DNA from: Gemmatimonadota bacterium
GTDB lineage: Bacteria; Gemmatimonadota; Gemmatimonadetes; Longimicrobiales; Gaopeijiaceae
Length of the DNA stretch: 64,000 bases
Assembly: GCA_034521595.1 (NCBI GenBank)
Contig: JAXHMG010000003.1
Span: 1,120,001-1,184,000 of the forward strand
Direction: 5' to 3'
This document shows positions 8,464-17,998 of the stretch, in pieces (within the stretch, counting starts at the first letter, position 1; each line of letters starts with the position of its first letter). The notes under the pieces were generated by a model. It searched no databases. It was not told the DNA's origin and saw only the letters and a program-made list of their open reading frames with translations. The position numbers and the translations under genes were made by a program.

Positions 8464-9242
8464 CGATTGCCGTCCCCTCCTTCGGCGGCCACTGGCTCTC
8501 CGTCGGTGCCGTGGGAGGCGGCCTCGAGAGCGGCCGTCAGCTCCGGAAGAATGTTCTCGGCCATACGTCGGTGTCCTGTTTCGGTCGGGTGGATGCCATC
8601 GGCTGCGTTGAGCTCGCGGACGCCTGCGACTCCGTCCAGGAAAAAGGGCACGAAGTAGGTGTCTTCCCGTGTGGCGACGTCCCGGAACACCTCGCGGAAT
8701 GACGTCACGTATCGCCGGCCCAGGTTCGGGGGGGCCTCCATGCCCAGGACCACGATCTTCGCGGCCGGGTAGCGCTCTTTCGTGCGGCGGATGATGGTCA
8801 AGAGGTTGTCGCGGAGCTCGGCGACCGGGAGGCCGCGCAGGCCGTCATTGGCCCCGAGCTCGAGGACGAGGATGTCGAGCGGCTCTTGAAGAACCCAGTC
8901 GATCCGCCGGACACCGCCCGCGCTCGTCTCACCCGAGACGCCCGCGTTCACTGCGGTGAAGGGCACCCCCGCGTCGGCCGCGAGTTCCGTCAGATGCGCC
9001 ACGTAGGTATCGTCCTCGCTCTGAAGGCCCATCCCCGACGTCAGGCTCGTACCGAAGAACACGACCACGGGGAGCGTGTCTTCCGAGAGAGCGTCGATCG
9101 TCCGACTCGGCGCTCGGGAGCCGTCCCCGGCCTGCGAATCGGGAGCGGACGCGCCCTGGTCGGCTGCCGAGGGGGGAGCCTCCGAGCCAGGGTTGCACGC
9201 TGCGAGCGTGAGGAGTAACGACACGGAGCCGAGGAGTCGCAT
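8460..9242 (-). CDS. tesA: SGNH arylesterase/thioesterase I, predicted lipoprotein
   Basis: Lipobox LAAC; GTSLT, NAGVSGETS, ELGANDGLRG, DGIHP blocks. Confidence 0.88.
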   Translation of the reverse strand: MRLLGSVSLLLTLAACNPGSEAPPSAADQGASAPDSQAGDGSRAPSRTIDALSEDTLPVVVFFGTSLTSGMGLQSEDDTYVAHLTELAADAGVPFTAVNAGVSGETSAGGVRRIDWVLQEPLDILVLELGANDGLRGLPVAELRDNLLTIIRRTKERYPAAKIVVLGMEAPPNLGRRYVTSFREVFRDVATREDTYFVPFFLDGVAGVRELNAADGIHPTETGHRRMAENILPELTAALEAASHGTDGEPVAAEGGDGNR

Positions 9243-9990
9243 GTTGATCGTGGCGGAAGGACTGGAGAAGACGTACGAGAGCGGGGGTCGGCCGCTCCGT
9301 GTGCTGGATTCGCTGGACCTCGCCATCGAGCGCGAGTCCGTCGTGGCGGTCGTGGGACCGTCCGGGAGCGGCAAGACCACCCTGCTCGGGCTGATGGCCG
9401 GGCTCGATGCCCCGTCGGGCGGCCGTGTCCTCATCGACGGGCAAGACCTCTCCGCTCTTACCGAAGACGGTAGGGCGGAGTTTCGTGCACACCGGGTCGG
9501 ATTCGTCTTCCAGACGTTTCATCTGCTGCCCACCATGACGGCCGTCGAGAACGTCATGGTCCCGTTGGAGCTACAAGGTTCGTTCCGGGGGGCCCGAGCG
9601 CGCGCTGCGGAGCTCCTCGATCGCGTCGGCCTCTCGGACCGCGCCGACCACTACCCGGCGCAGCTGTCCGGTGGTGAGCAGCAGCGGGTGGCGCTCGCAC
9701 GGGCGTTCGCGAACCGACCGGACATCCTCTTCGCCGACGAACCCACGGGGAATCTCGATGAGCGCACCGGAGGAACGATCATCGAGATGCTCGAGGAACT
9801 CAACGAGGAGGAGCGCACGACGCTGGTGCTCGTGACCCACGACACCGCGCTCGCGGAGCGAGCCCATCGGGTCGTGACGCTTTCCGGGGGCCGGGTCGCG
9901 TCGGATCGCCCGGGTTGGCGCCGGGCGCACGGGGCCGGAGGGGAACGGGCGGCCTCGAGCCACGCCACCGAAAGCGACATCGAGACATGA
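9241..9990 (+). CDS. ybbA: ABC ATP-binding protein, YbbA/LolD type
   Basis: GAGGAG before ATG 9241; GPSGSGKTT, LSGGEQQR, FADEPTGNLD, VTHD. Confidence 0.9.
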   Translation: MLIVAEGLEKTYESGGRPLRVLDSLDLAIERESVVAVVGPSGSGKTTLLGLMAGLDAPSGGRVLIDGQDLSALTEDGRAEFRAHRVGFVFQTFHLLPTMTAVENVMVPLELQGSFRGARARAAELLDRVGLSDRADHYPAQLSGGEQQRVALARAFANRPDILFADEPTGNLDERTGGTIIEMLEELNEEERTTLVLVTHDTALAERAHRVVTLSGGRVASDRPGWRRAHGAGGERAASSHATESDIET

Positions 9991-12566
9991 ACGGCCGATG
10001 GGTGCGGAGCGCCGTGCGGCTGGCGGTGCGGGAGGGGCGGCATTCGTTCCGGCGGGTGGGCCCGTACATGGTTTCCATCACGCTGGGCGTCGCCTCGCTC
10101 GTGGCCATCCACTCCTTCCGGGCCGACGTCGAGCGATCGCTCGAGGAGCAGTCCGAGGTGCTCATGGGGGCCAACGCCCGGCTGCGCGGCGACCGACCGT
10201 GGTCCGATACGGTGCGGGCCATCGTCGATTCCCTCGAAGCGTCCGACCGCTCCGTAGCCCGGGTCACGACGACCAGCTCCATGGTGATGGCGCCGACCTC
10301 GGGCATTGTCCGACTGATGCAGGTACGGGCTCTCGACCCCGGATATCCGTTCTACGGCACCGTTCGAACGGTGCCGGACGGCAGGTGGGGCGCGCACCTC
10401 GAGGCGGGTCGGGTGTTGGTCGATCCGGCGGTGCTCGTCCAGCTCCAGGCCGCGGTCGGCGACACCATCGAGGTCGGCCGAGAGCGGCTCGAGATCGCGG
10501 GGACCGTCGACGACCTCCCCACGGACCTCGGATTTCAGACCGCCCTGGGTCCGCGCATCCACCTCTCCCACGGTACCCTGGAAGAGGCCGACCTGCTCGG
10601 ATTCGGGAGCCTCGCACGGTACGAGCTCTACTTCGAGCTACCGGAACGCTCCGAGCGAAGCGCTTTCGATGACCGGTACGACGAGGTCTTCTCACAGGGC
10701 CGGCTCCGCTTCACTCTCGCCGAGCAACAGGCACGGAGTCTCTCCAACGGTGTGCGCTTCTTGGCGCGCTTTCTCGGGCTCGTCGGGCTCGGCGCACTGC
10801 TGTTGGGCGGGATCGGCGTCGCCAGCGCCATTCACGTATACGTGCGAGAAAAGCGCGCTTCGATCGCGGTCATGCGATGCCTGGGCGCCACGCAGCGCAC
10901 GACCTTCCTCGTATACCTGTTGCAAGCCGGGGCGCTCGGCGCGTTCGGCGCCGGGGCGGGGGTCGCGGTAGGGGTCGGCATCCAGCTCCTCCTTCCCGGT
11001 CTGCTCGCGGGGGTCCTTCCGGTGCCGGTGTCTCCGAGGATCTCGTCGGTATCAGCGGTCGCCGGGCTCGGGATCGGGATGTGGGTCGCGTTGGTGTTCG
11101 CGCTGCTTCCGCTGCTCTCGGTACGAGATGTGACCCCCTTACAGGCCCTCCGGGCCGACGTGGAATCCCGGCGGGGCTCTCGCGTCTGGCGCGGCATCGT
11201 CTACCTGGCGTTGGCCGCGAGCATTACAGCCCTGTGCGTGCTCGAGGCTCCCGATAGGGAAGTGGGCATCGCCTTCGCCTTCGGGCTCGCCGCGGTGGTG
11301 ACGGCCCTCTGGGCTACGGCTCGCGTCCTCACCTTCCTAACGCGCCGCTTCGTGCCGAGTAGGGCACCGTATCCGGTCCGCCAGGGCATCTCCAATCTGT
11401 TCCGTCCCCGCAACCAGACCGTCTCGGTCATGCTGGCGCTCGGCGTCGGCACCTTCGTGATCGGCTTGCTCCTGGAAGTCGAGGGAACGGTGCGGCGAGA
11501 CCTGAGCGTTTCCCTCCAGGACGGACGTCCCAACCTTCTGCTCTTCGACATCCAACGCGATCAAACCGAGGACATCCGTGCGCTGCTGCCCGAGCCGGCG
11601 CGGGGCGAGGCCGATGTCTTTCCTCTGGTCTCGTCGCGCATCGCCGCGATCAACGGCCGGACGCCCGAGGAGCTTCGGGACGACACCGTGCCGTCGGAGC
11701 GGAGGCCCGAGGGCTGGGCCCTGCGGCGAGAATATCGCAATACGTACCGTGCCGAGCTGGGCCGCGCCGAAGAGCTGATCTCCGGGCGTTGGTGGGACGG
11801 AACCGCCGGATCCGACGACGGGACGAGGGTGGACCCCGGAGATCTGTCCCGGCTGTCCCTCGAGGAAGATATCGCGGAAAGCCTGCGGGTGCGGCTCGGG
11901 GATACGATCACGTGGAACGTGTCCGGCGTGGAGGTGCCTTCGGTCGTCAGCAGCGTGCGCCGCGTGGACTGGGATCGACTCGAGCCGAACTTCTTCGCCG
12001 TGCTCGAGCCCGGCAGTCTCGACGAAGCTCCTCAGACGGCGCTGATGCTCGTGCGCATCCCCGACGAGGGTCAGCGCCTCGAGGTTCAACAGGCGCTGGT
12101 GCGCACCTTTCCCAACGTCTCGGCGCTCGACATCTCGCGAGTGCAGGAGGCGGTGGAGTCGGTGCTCGGGTCCGTGAGACGGGGCCTCGGCTTTCTAGGC
12201 GCGTTCGCGGCCGCCGCCGGTGCCGTGGTTCTCGTCGGAGCCATGGCCACGTCCCGCTTCCAGCGTATTCGTGAGGGCGCCCTTCTGCGGACGCTCGGGG
12301 CGAGGAGGGCGCAAGTCATCCTTGTGCTCTTCACCGAATACGCGGCCCTGGGTACGCTCGCGACCTTCAGCGGGTTACTCCTCGCCGTCGGTGCGGCGGC
12401 CCTTCTGTTACCCGGCGTCTTCGACATGCCGTATCGACCCGACCTCGGGACGCTCGCCTTGGTCTGGGGCTCCGTTTCGTTGTTGACCGTCCTCGTGGGG
12501 CTCAGCGGCTCCCGCTCGCTTCTCTCCCGGCCTCCGCTACCGGTCCTGCGGGAGGCCGAGGACTAG
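9987..12566 (+). CDS. ybbP: FtsX/MacB-family double-domain ABC permease, YbbP type
   Basis: ATGA overlap with ybbA; YPFYG, LGGIGVA, RCLGA, PNLLLFDIQ, RTLGA motifs; tesA-ybbA context. Confidence 0.88.
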   Translation: MNGRWVRSAVRLAVREGRHSFRRVGPYMVSITLGVASLVAIHSFRADVERSLEEQSEVLMGANARLRGDRPWSDTVRAIVDSLEASDRSVARVTTTSSMVMAPTSGIVRLMQVRALDPGYPFYGTVRTVPDGRWGAHLEAGRVLVDPAVLVQLQAAVGDTIEVGRERLEIAGTVDDLPTDLGFQTALGPRIHLSHGTLEEADLLGFGSLARYELYFELPERSERSAFDDRYDEVFSQGRLRFTLAEQQARSLSNGVRFLARFLGLVGLGALLLGGIGVASAIHVYVREKRASIAVMRCLGATQRTTFLVYLLQAGALGAFGAGAGVAVGVGIQLLLPGLLAGVLPVPVSPRISSVSAVAGLGIGMWVALVFALLPLLSVRDVTPLQALRADVESRRGSRVWRGIVYLALAASITALCVLEAPDREVGIAFAFGLAAVVTALWATARVLTFLTRRFVPSRAPYPVRQGISNLFRPRNQTVSVMLALGVGTFVIGLLLEVEGTVRRDLSVSLQDGRPNLLLFDIQRDQTEDIRALLPEPARGEADVFPLVSSRIAAINGRTPEELRDDTVPSERRPEGWALRREYRNTYRAELGRAEELISGRWWDGTAGSDDGTRVDPGDLSRLSLEEDIAESLRVRLGDTITWNVSGVEVPSVVSSVRRVDWDRLEPNFFAVLEPGSLDEAPQTALMLVRIPDEGQRLEVQQALVRTFPNVSALDISRVQEAVESVLGSVRRGLGFLGAFAAAAGAVVLVGAMATSRFQRIREGALLRTLGARRAQVILVLFTEYAALGTLATFSGLLLAVGAAALLLPGVFDMPYRPDLGTLALVWGSVSLLTVLVGLSGSRSLLSRPPLPVLREAED

Positions 12567-12937
12567 AGCGCCTCCGCCGGTAGCTCGAGCGCGCTGGTGT
12601 GGTGGCACGCTTCGCATTCGAGGGGGTGGGGCCTGCGGAGACGCTGGGGCTTCACGGTCAGCGGGCCTCCGCACTTCGGGCACGCACCCTCGACGGCCAT
12701 CAGCGTGTGGGTCTCGATCCACCGCCTACGGCCCAGTACGGCACCCACCGCGAGCGCTCCGATCGCCCAAGGCGCATGCGGGGGCACGACGGCCACGATC
12801 GGGGCGAGGAGCACCCCGATGCCGAGCGAGCGGGCCGCTCCCGAGAGGCGCCACGACCGAGGGCGTGGCTCGATCTCGGCTACGACCGCGACAGGCTCGT
12901 ACCCGAAAAGAACTGCCCTGCCGTGAATGGCCTGCAC
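12563..12937 (-). CDS. Hypothetical 2-TM protein with C-terminal zinc ribbon
   Basis: Hydrophobic hairpin around VPPHAPW; CPKC...CEAC; starts 6 nt after aminotransferase stop. Confidence 0.75.
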   Translation of the reverse strand: MQAIHGRAVLFGYEPVAVVAEIEPRPRSWRLSGAARSLGIGVLLAPIVAVVPPHAPWAIGALAVGAVLGRRRWIETHTLMAVEGACPKCGGPLTVKPQRLRRPHPLECEACHHTSALELPAEAL

Positions 12938-12943
12938 GATCCG

Positions 12944-14119
12944 TTACCCCTTCTTCGCGAAGTCTCGTAGACGCTCACCCACTTCGTGGAGCGTCTCCTC
13001 GCGCTTGCAAAAGACGAATCGGACCAGCGAGCGTCCCGCCCCCTCGGTGTGGTAGAAGCTCGAGCCCGGGACCGTGGCGACCCCGGCCTCACGGACCAGC
13101 CGCTCGGCGAAGGTGAAGTCGTCCTCGTCGCTCAGCGCGCTGAAGTCGGCCATCACGTAATAGGCCCCCTGGGGCAGCGCGCACTGGAAGCCGGCGTCCC
13201 GCAGCCCCGAGAGCATGATGTCCCGCCTGGGCCGGTATTCCTCGATGAGCTCCCTGTAATAGCTCGGGCCCAGTTGTCGGATGCCCACTGCGCCCGCTTC
13301 CTGGAGCGGCGCGGCCGTGCCCACGGTCACGAAGTCGTGAATCTTCTGGATCCCGTCCGAGAGAACCTCCGGGGCCACGATCGTTCCGATCCGCCAGCCC
13401 GTCACGCTGTACGTCTTGGACATCCCGCTGATCGTGACGGTCCGGTCGGCCATGCCCGGCAGGGTCGCGAGCGGAACGTGCTCGCCTTCGTAGACGATGT
13501 GCTCGTAGATCTCGTCGGTGATGGCGAGGATGTCGTGCTCCACGCACAGGTCCGCGATGACCTGAAGCTCCTCCCGCCCGAACACACGGCCCGTCGGATT
13601 GTTGGGTGAGTTCACCACGATGGCTCGGGTGCGGGGCGTCACGAGCGCGGCCAGCGCCTCCGGGTCGATCGTGTAGTCGGGAGGGTCGAGACACAGGTAC
13701 ACGGGCTTCGCCTGGGCCAGCATGGCGTCCGGACCGTAGTTCTCGTAAAAGGGCTCGAACACGATGACCTCGTCGTCCGGGTCGAGGAGCCCCAGCATCA
13801 CGCACGCCATGGCCTCGGTGGCCCCGCACGTGACGGTGATCTCCCGCTCGGGGTGGAAGTCGAGCCCATACCACTCCCGGTATTTCTCCGCGAGCACGGC
13901 GCGGAGGCTCGGGGCCCCGCTCGTGACCGCGTACTGGTTGAGGTCGCCCCGGATCGCGGCGCAGGCCGCCTCCTTGAGTGGCTCGGGGGCGGGAAAGTCG
14001 GGCATGCCCTGGGCCAGATTGATGGCGCCGTGCCGGTCCGCGACCTCCGTCATGTCGCGGATCACGGATCCTCCCAGCGCTTCGGTGCGCCGTGCGGTTC
14101 TCTGAATCGGGTCGGTCAT
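12944..14119 (-). CDS. Class I/II PLP aminotransferase (methionine/glutamine-aromatic type)
   Basis: INLAQGMPD, NSPNNPTG, DEIYEH, SGMSKTYSVTGWRIG; start moved to ATG 14119. Confidence 0.9.
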   Translation of the reverse strand: MTDPIQRTARRTEALGGSVIRDMTEVADRHGAINLAQGMPDFPAPEPLKEAACAAIRGDLNQYAVTSGAPSLRAVLAEKYREWYGLDFHPEREITVTCGATEAMACVMLGLLDPDDEVIVFEPFYENYGPDAMLAQAKPVYLCLDPPDYTIDPEALAALVTPRTRAIVVNSPNNPTGRVFGREELQVIADLCVEHDILAITDEIYEHIVYEGEHVPLATLPGMADRTVTISGMSKTYSVTGWRIGTIVAPEVLSDGIQKIHDFVTVGTAAPLQEAGAVGIRQLGPSYYRELIEEYRPRRDIMLSGLRDAGFQCALPQGAYYVMADFSALSDEDDFTFAERLVREAGVATVPGSSFYHTEGAGRSLVRFVFCKREETLHEVGERLRDFAKKG

Positions 14120-14346
14120 GAAGGAACCATGCGTCGAAGTGGAGCGCCGCGGATGGGCGCGACGCAGCGGGGAGCCAACGATGTTGCACCGCGTGGCTCT
14201 AGGCAACCGCTTCCCCCCTTGGCAGGGAAGCGTCCGGTGCCGTAGTGTCGGCGCATGCACTCGGTATCCACCCACGCGCTCGGGCCACACACTCCGGGTG
14301 GGCCGGGCGCGCCGTCGCCCTTCCACGATGCCGCGGAGACCCGTCC

Positions 14347-14604
14347 ATGCTCAACTCCGAACGCTGGCCCGTCGCGCTTGCCGTCCTCTTCCTGTCCACT
14401 TGGGCGTCGCTCGCGGCACCCGTTCAGGGACAGGCGCCTCCGGTACGCATGCGGATGCGGTTCGCCTCAACCACGCATGTCGGAATCCTTCAGTCCATCC
14501 CGGGCATGAGGAAGGTCGACGGCTTCACGGTGGGGTACGGCGCTCGGAACGCGGATGCAGCGTACCGGCTCATCCGCCTCCTGTATCGCTTCGTGCGACA
14601 ATGA
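14347..14604 (+). CDS. Small secreted hypothetical protein, 85 aa (possibly a gene remnant)
   Basis: GGAGA before ATG; signal-like WPVALAVLFLSTWASLAA; stop participates in an ATGA overlap. Confidence 0.5.
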   Translation: MLNSERWPVALAVLFLSTWASLAAPVQGQAPPVRMRMRFASTTHVGILQSIPGMRKVDGFTVGYGARNADAAYRLIRLLYRFVRQ

Positions 14605-14633
14605 GCCTCCTCATGACCCACGGAACGAGATGA
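14601..14633 (+). CDS. Putative bridge mini-ORF, 10 aa (MSLLMTHGTR)
   Basis: ATGA overlap at both ends (14601-14604 and 14630-14633). Confidence 0.5.
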   Translation: MSLLMTHGTR

Positions 14634-15838
14634 GTACCGAGTCGTCGGACCGAGTCCGGGAGCGTTGGTTTCAGCTCGGCTTGGTCGCGGGGGCGGTGCT
14701 GCTCTCACTCTCCGCGTGGCTGACCGCGACGGCCGTAGCTCCGGAGCTCCGAGCACGGTGGGCGCTCACGACGCCGCAGGTCGGGTGGCTCACCACCGTC
14801 GTGCAGGTGGGCTTCGTCGCCGGAACCGCGTCGGCCGCGTTCATGAACCTCGCGGACGTTCTGTCATCGCGCGCGTACTTCGCCCTGTCCGCGCTGCTCG
14901 CCGCGACCGCGAATGCCGTCCTTCTGGTCGCGTCGGACTATCCGGTCGCGCTGGCGGCCCGGTTCTTCACCGGCTTTTTCCTGGCGGGCGTCTACCCGCC
15001 GGGCATGAAGATGATGGCCACCTGGTTCCGTGCCGAAAGAGGCCTGGCGATCGGCACGATCGTGGGCGCTCTGACCGTCGGGAAGGCGATGCCGTATCTG
15101 ATGAAGGCCTTCGGAGGTCCGGATGCCGGGTTCGTCATCGCGGGTGCCTCCTGGGCCGGGCTCCTCTCGGCCGCGATGGTCGGCCTGGCCTACCGGGACG
15201 GCCCTCACGACTTTCCGCGACGCGCGTTCGAGTGGCGGCGCGTGGGACGGATCCTGCGCCACCGTCCGACGATGTTGGCGACGGGAGGGTATCTCGGTCA
15301 CATGTGGGAGCTCTACGCCATGTGGTCGCTGATCGGGCTCTTCTTCACCGACTATTTCGGACTCCGGGGCTCGGCCCGGGCGGACCTCCATGCACCTCTG
15401 GCGACGTTCAGCGTCATCGCCATCGGGGGGGTAGGGGCCGTCTTGGCCGGACGCTGGGCCGACCGTGTGGGGCGGGCGCGTGTCACGATCGGGTCGATGG
15501 CGGTGAGCGGTGGCTGTGCGCTCACCGCCGGCTGGTTGCTCGCGGCCCCGCCATGGCTCGTGCTCGGGGTCACGCTCGTATGGGGATTCACGATCGTGGC
15601 GGATTCCGCGCAGTTCAGCGCGGTCGTGACGGAGCGTGCGCCACCCGATTCGGTGGGCACCGCGCTCATGCTCCAGACGATGGCGGGCTTTGCGCTCACC
15701 GGCGTTTCCATCCAGCTTACCAGCACGTTGGCCACTGCTTGGGGATGGGGGCCGGCGTTCGCGATCTTGGCGCTGGGGCCGGTGTGCGGGATCAAGGCGA
15801 TGCGCGCCCTGCAACCCGACGACGTCCCCGTGGTATGA
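14630..15838 (+). CDS. MFS transporter
   Basis: About 12 TM segments; GVYPPGMK, GYLGHMWELYAMW, GRWADRVGR, ADSAQFSA. Confidence 0.9.
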   Translation: MSTESSDRVRERWFQLGLVAGAVLLSLSAWLTATAVAPELRARWALTTPQVGWLTTVVQVGFVAGTASAAFMNLADVLSSRAYFALSALLAATANAVLLVASDYPVALAARFFTGFFLAGVYPPGMKMMATWFRAERGLAIGTIVGALTVGKAMPYLMKAFGGPDAGFVIAGASWAGLLSAAMVGLAYRDGPHDFPRRAFEWRRVGRILRHRPTMLATGGYLGHMWELYAMWSLIGLFFTDYFGLRGSARADLHAPLATFSVIAIGGVGAVLAGRWADRVGRARVTIGSMAVSGGCALTAGWLLAAPPWLVLGVTLVWGFTIVADSAQFSAVVTERAPPDSVGTALMLQTMAGFALTGVSIQLTSTLATAWGWGPAFAILALGPVCGIKAMRALQPDDVPVV

Positions 15839-15891
15839 ATCCGTCGATCCCTCCTGAATGTACCGTCGAATCTCGAGGACCTGAGCGATGA
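15835..15891 (+). CDS. Putative bridge mini-ORF, 18 aa (MNPSIPPECTVESRGPER)
   Basis: ATGA overlap at both ends (15835-15838 and 15888-15891). Confidence 0.55.
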   Translation: MNPSIPPECTVESRGPER

Positions 15892-16265
15892 GCAAGAAGG
15901 TGAAGACCGCACTGTCCTGCGCGCTCCTCGCGGCGTTGGTGGCAGCCGTGCCGTCCGCCACCCTGCATTTCGACCTCAGTCGGTCGGTCCCCGAAGCCGG
16001 CGCCACGGTGCCCGCGCCTTCGGAGATCACGCTGTGGTTCACCGAGGTTCCCCAGGACAACTCGATCTCCATACGGCTCATCGACCCGCGCGGTGATCTC
16101 GTGGACTCCACCGAGCCGAACCAGGACGCGGAAGACGGCACGATGTTCAGTATCGCCCCGTCCGCGTCGGTCGCGCCCGGTGAGTATACGGTGGCGTGGC
16201 GAGGCATCGGCCAGGACGGGCACACCGTCCGGGGGGACTTCGGCTTCACGGTGGGGGCCCGATAG
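15888..16265 (+). CDS. copC: Periplasmic copper-binding protein CopC
   Basis: Signal peptide then His (HFDLSRSVP); ITLWFTE; YTVAWR...DGH Cu(II) motif. Confidence 0.88.
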   Translation: MSKKVKTALSCALLAALVAAVPSATLHFDLSRSVPEAGATVPAPSEITLWFTEVPQDNSISIRLIDPRGDLVDSTEPNQDAEDGTMFSIAPSASVAPGEYTVAWRGIGQDGHTVRGDFGFTVGAR

Positions 16266-17188
16266 AGGAGATCGGACCCGGTCCCGTCCTGGACGCGATC
16301 ACGGGCTGGGTCCTCTTCGCGGCGATTCTGGGCTCGATTGGGGCGGTCGCGCTCCGTTGGGCGGTCCTGCCGTGGATCCACCTGAAAGGGTATCCGTCCG
16401 ATACCGGAAAGGCGTTGGTCGAGGGAGCAGCGCGATTCGGCAGCTACGTCGCGCTATTCGTGCCTCTCGCGTTTCTCCTGGTCTTCACGCGCCAACTTCT
16501 CGAGTTCCGGGATCCGTTCGTACCGTGGACCGAGGACGCCCACCTCTTGCTAACCGGGACGAGTTGGGGCCGTACGTTCATCTTCTTCGGCGCTTTGGGC
16601 GTCGCGGTCGGTCCGGCGTTTCGGCTCGCTCGCCGGCACCCCGCGTGGGGCTGGGCCCTCGTGACCGCCATGGTTCTCGCGCTCGGAGCTTTCCCAGCTC
16701 TGACGGGCCACGCGAGCGCCGGAGAAGGCGTCGGGCGCGCCCTCACTCTCGGGTTGGACGTGCTCCATGTTTGGGCAGCGGGTGCGTGGATTGGCGGGCT
16801 GGCCGGAGTGTTGTTCCTCGACACGACCATGCGGCGCCGTGACGACACCGGACCGCGCGTGCTGCCCGCGCTGATCCCGGCGTTCTCCACGCTGGCCATC
16901 GCGGGGGTCGGCACGCTCGTGGTCACGGGGACCGCCGCATCCTGGATTCACTTACCGCGCCTCTCCGCCTTGCTTTCGGAGCCCTACGGACGAACACTCC
17001 TGATCAAGCTGACGGCGGTCGGACTGGTTCTCGGGCTGGGTTGGCTCAATTGGAAGCGCCTCACGCCACGGCTGGCCCGTCCATCCGGAGCTGATACCCT
17101 GTATCGGGGAGCGACGCTCGAGCTCGTCGTCGCCCAGTTGGTTCTGTTGGTTACGGCCGTATTGGTGCGCACGCCACCCAACGGATGA
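16262..17188 (+). CDS. copD: Copper resistance membrane protein CopD (start uncertain)
   Basis: TGHA, HVWAAGAWIGGL, FS, VVTG, YGRTLLIK; only canonical start is GTG 16196 inside copC; in-frame ATA 16262 overlaps copC TAG. Confidence 0.85.
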   Translation: MEEIGPGPVLDAITGWVLFAAILGSIGAVALRWAVLPWIHLKGYPSDTGKALVEGAARFGSYVALFVPLAFLLVFTRQLLEFRDPFVPWTEDAHLLLTGTSWGRTFIFFGALGVAVGPAFRLARRHPAWGWALVTAMVLALGAFPALTGHASAGEGVGRALTLGLDVLHVWAAGAWIGGLAGVLFLDTTMRRRDDTGPRVLPALIPAFSTLAIAGVGTLVVTGTAASWIHLPRLSALLSEPYGRTLLIKLTAVGLVLGLGWLNWKRLTPRLARPSGADTLYRGATLELVVAQLVLLVTAVLVRTPPNG

Positions 17189-17250
17189 GCCGCGAACCCC
17201 GACTTTCCGGGGCTCCACCAATCGCGAGGAGGCGGCCGGAAGCCCGGTGA
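17185..17250 (+). CDS. Putative bridge mini-ORF, 21 aa (MSREPRLSGAPPIARRRPEAR)
   Basis: ATGA overlap with copD stop; TGA 17248-17250 overlaps GTG 17247 and ATG 17250 of mrpE. Confidence 0.55.
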   Translation: MSREPRLSGAPPIARRRPEAR

Positions 17251-17723
17251 TGATGGCCCGCCACATTCTTGTATGGATCGGCTTGCTCACGCTGGCCTGG
17301 CTCATCTTGGAGCCGAGTTGGAGTGCGTGGGCCGCCGGCGTTCTAGCGGTCACCACGGGAATGGCGCTTCGGTTGTATGCCGGCCGGCTTCGCCGCATAG
17401 GCCTTCATCCGCTCCGACTTCCACGCTTCGGGCTCTACTTCCTCGCCCAGTCGGTGAGCGGTGGCTGGGATGTGAGCCGGCGGGCCCTGACACCGGCGCT
17501 GCCACTCTCGCCGGACCTGATCACGCATCACCTTTCATTGTCCTCCCAGTCGGCGCGTGTGTTCGTGAGCAACGCCTTGAGCCTCCTCCCCGGTACGATC
17601 GCCGCGGACCTCCGAGGGCACGTCCTCATCGTGCACGTCCTCGTGACAGGGAGCGACGCCGAGGCTAGGGTGAGGACCCTGGAAGCCCGAGTAGCTCACC
17701 TGTTCGGAGCGGAAGGCCCGTGA
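17247..17723 (+). CDS. mrpE: Mrp/Mnh antiporter subunit E
   Basis: SGGWDVSRRAL, NALSLLPGT, LIVHVL. Confidence 0.85.
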   Translation: MMMARHILVWIGLLTLAWLILEPSWSAWAAGVLAVTTGMALRLYAGRLRRIGLHPLRLPRFGLYFLAQSVSGGWDVSRRALTPALPLSPDLITHHLSLSSQSARVFVSNALSLLPGTIAADLRGHVLIVHVLVTGSDAEARVRTLEARVAHLFGAEGP

Positions 17724-17998
17724 TCGCGTTTCTGTACGGGATCGCCTTGCTCTTGCTCCTCAGCCTGGCCCTCGGCCTCGTCAGGGTCGCCCGCGGACCG
17801 ACCCGCGGTGACCGAATGGTGGCGGCTCAGCTTTTCGGGACTCATGGAGTCGCCACGCTCCTGGTTCTGGCGACGGCGACAGATGCTCCGGTGCTGCGGG
17901 ACGTGGCGCTCGTCTTCGCGCTTCTTGCCGCCGTCATCTCGGTGACATTCGTGAAGCGAGGTTGGATGAACGAGCGTTCGGACTCCGAAGACACGTGA
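17720..17998 (+). CDS. mrpF: Mrp/Mnh antiporter subunit F
   Basis: RGPTRGDRMVA, DVALVFALL; GTGA overlap. Confidence 0.9.
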   Translation: MIAFLYGIALLLLLSLALGLVRVARGPTRGDRMVAAQLFGTHGVATLLVLATATDAPVLRDVALVFALLAAVISVTFVKRGWMNERSDSEDT

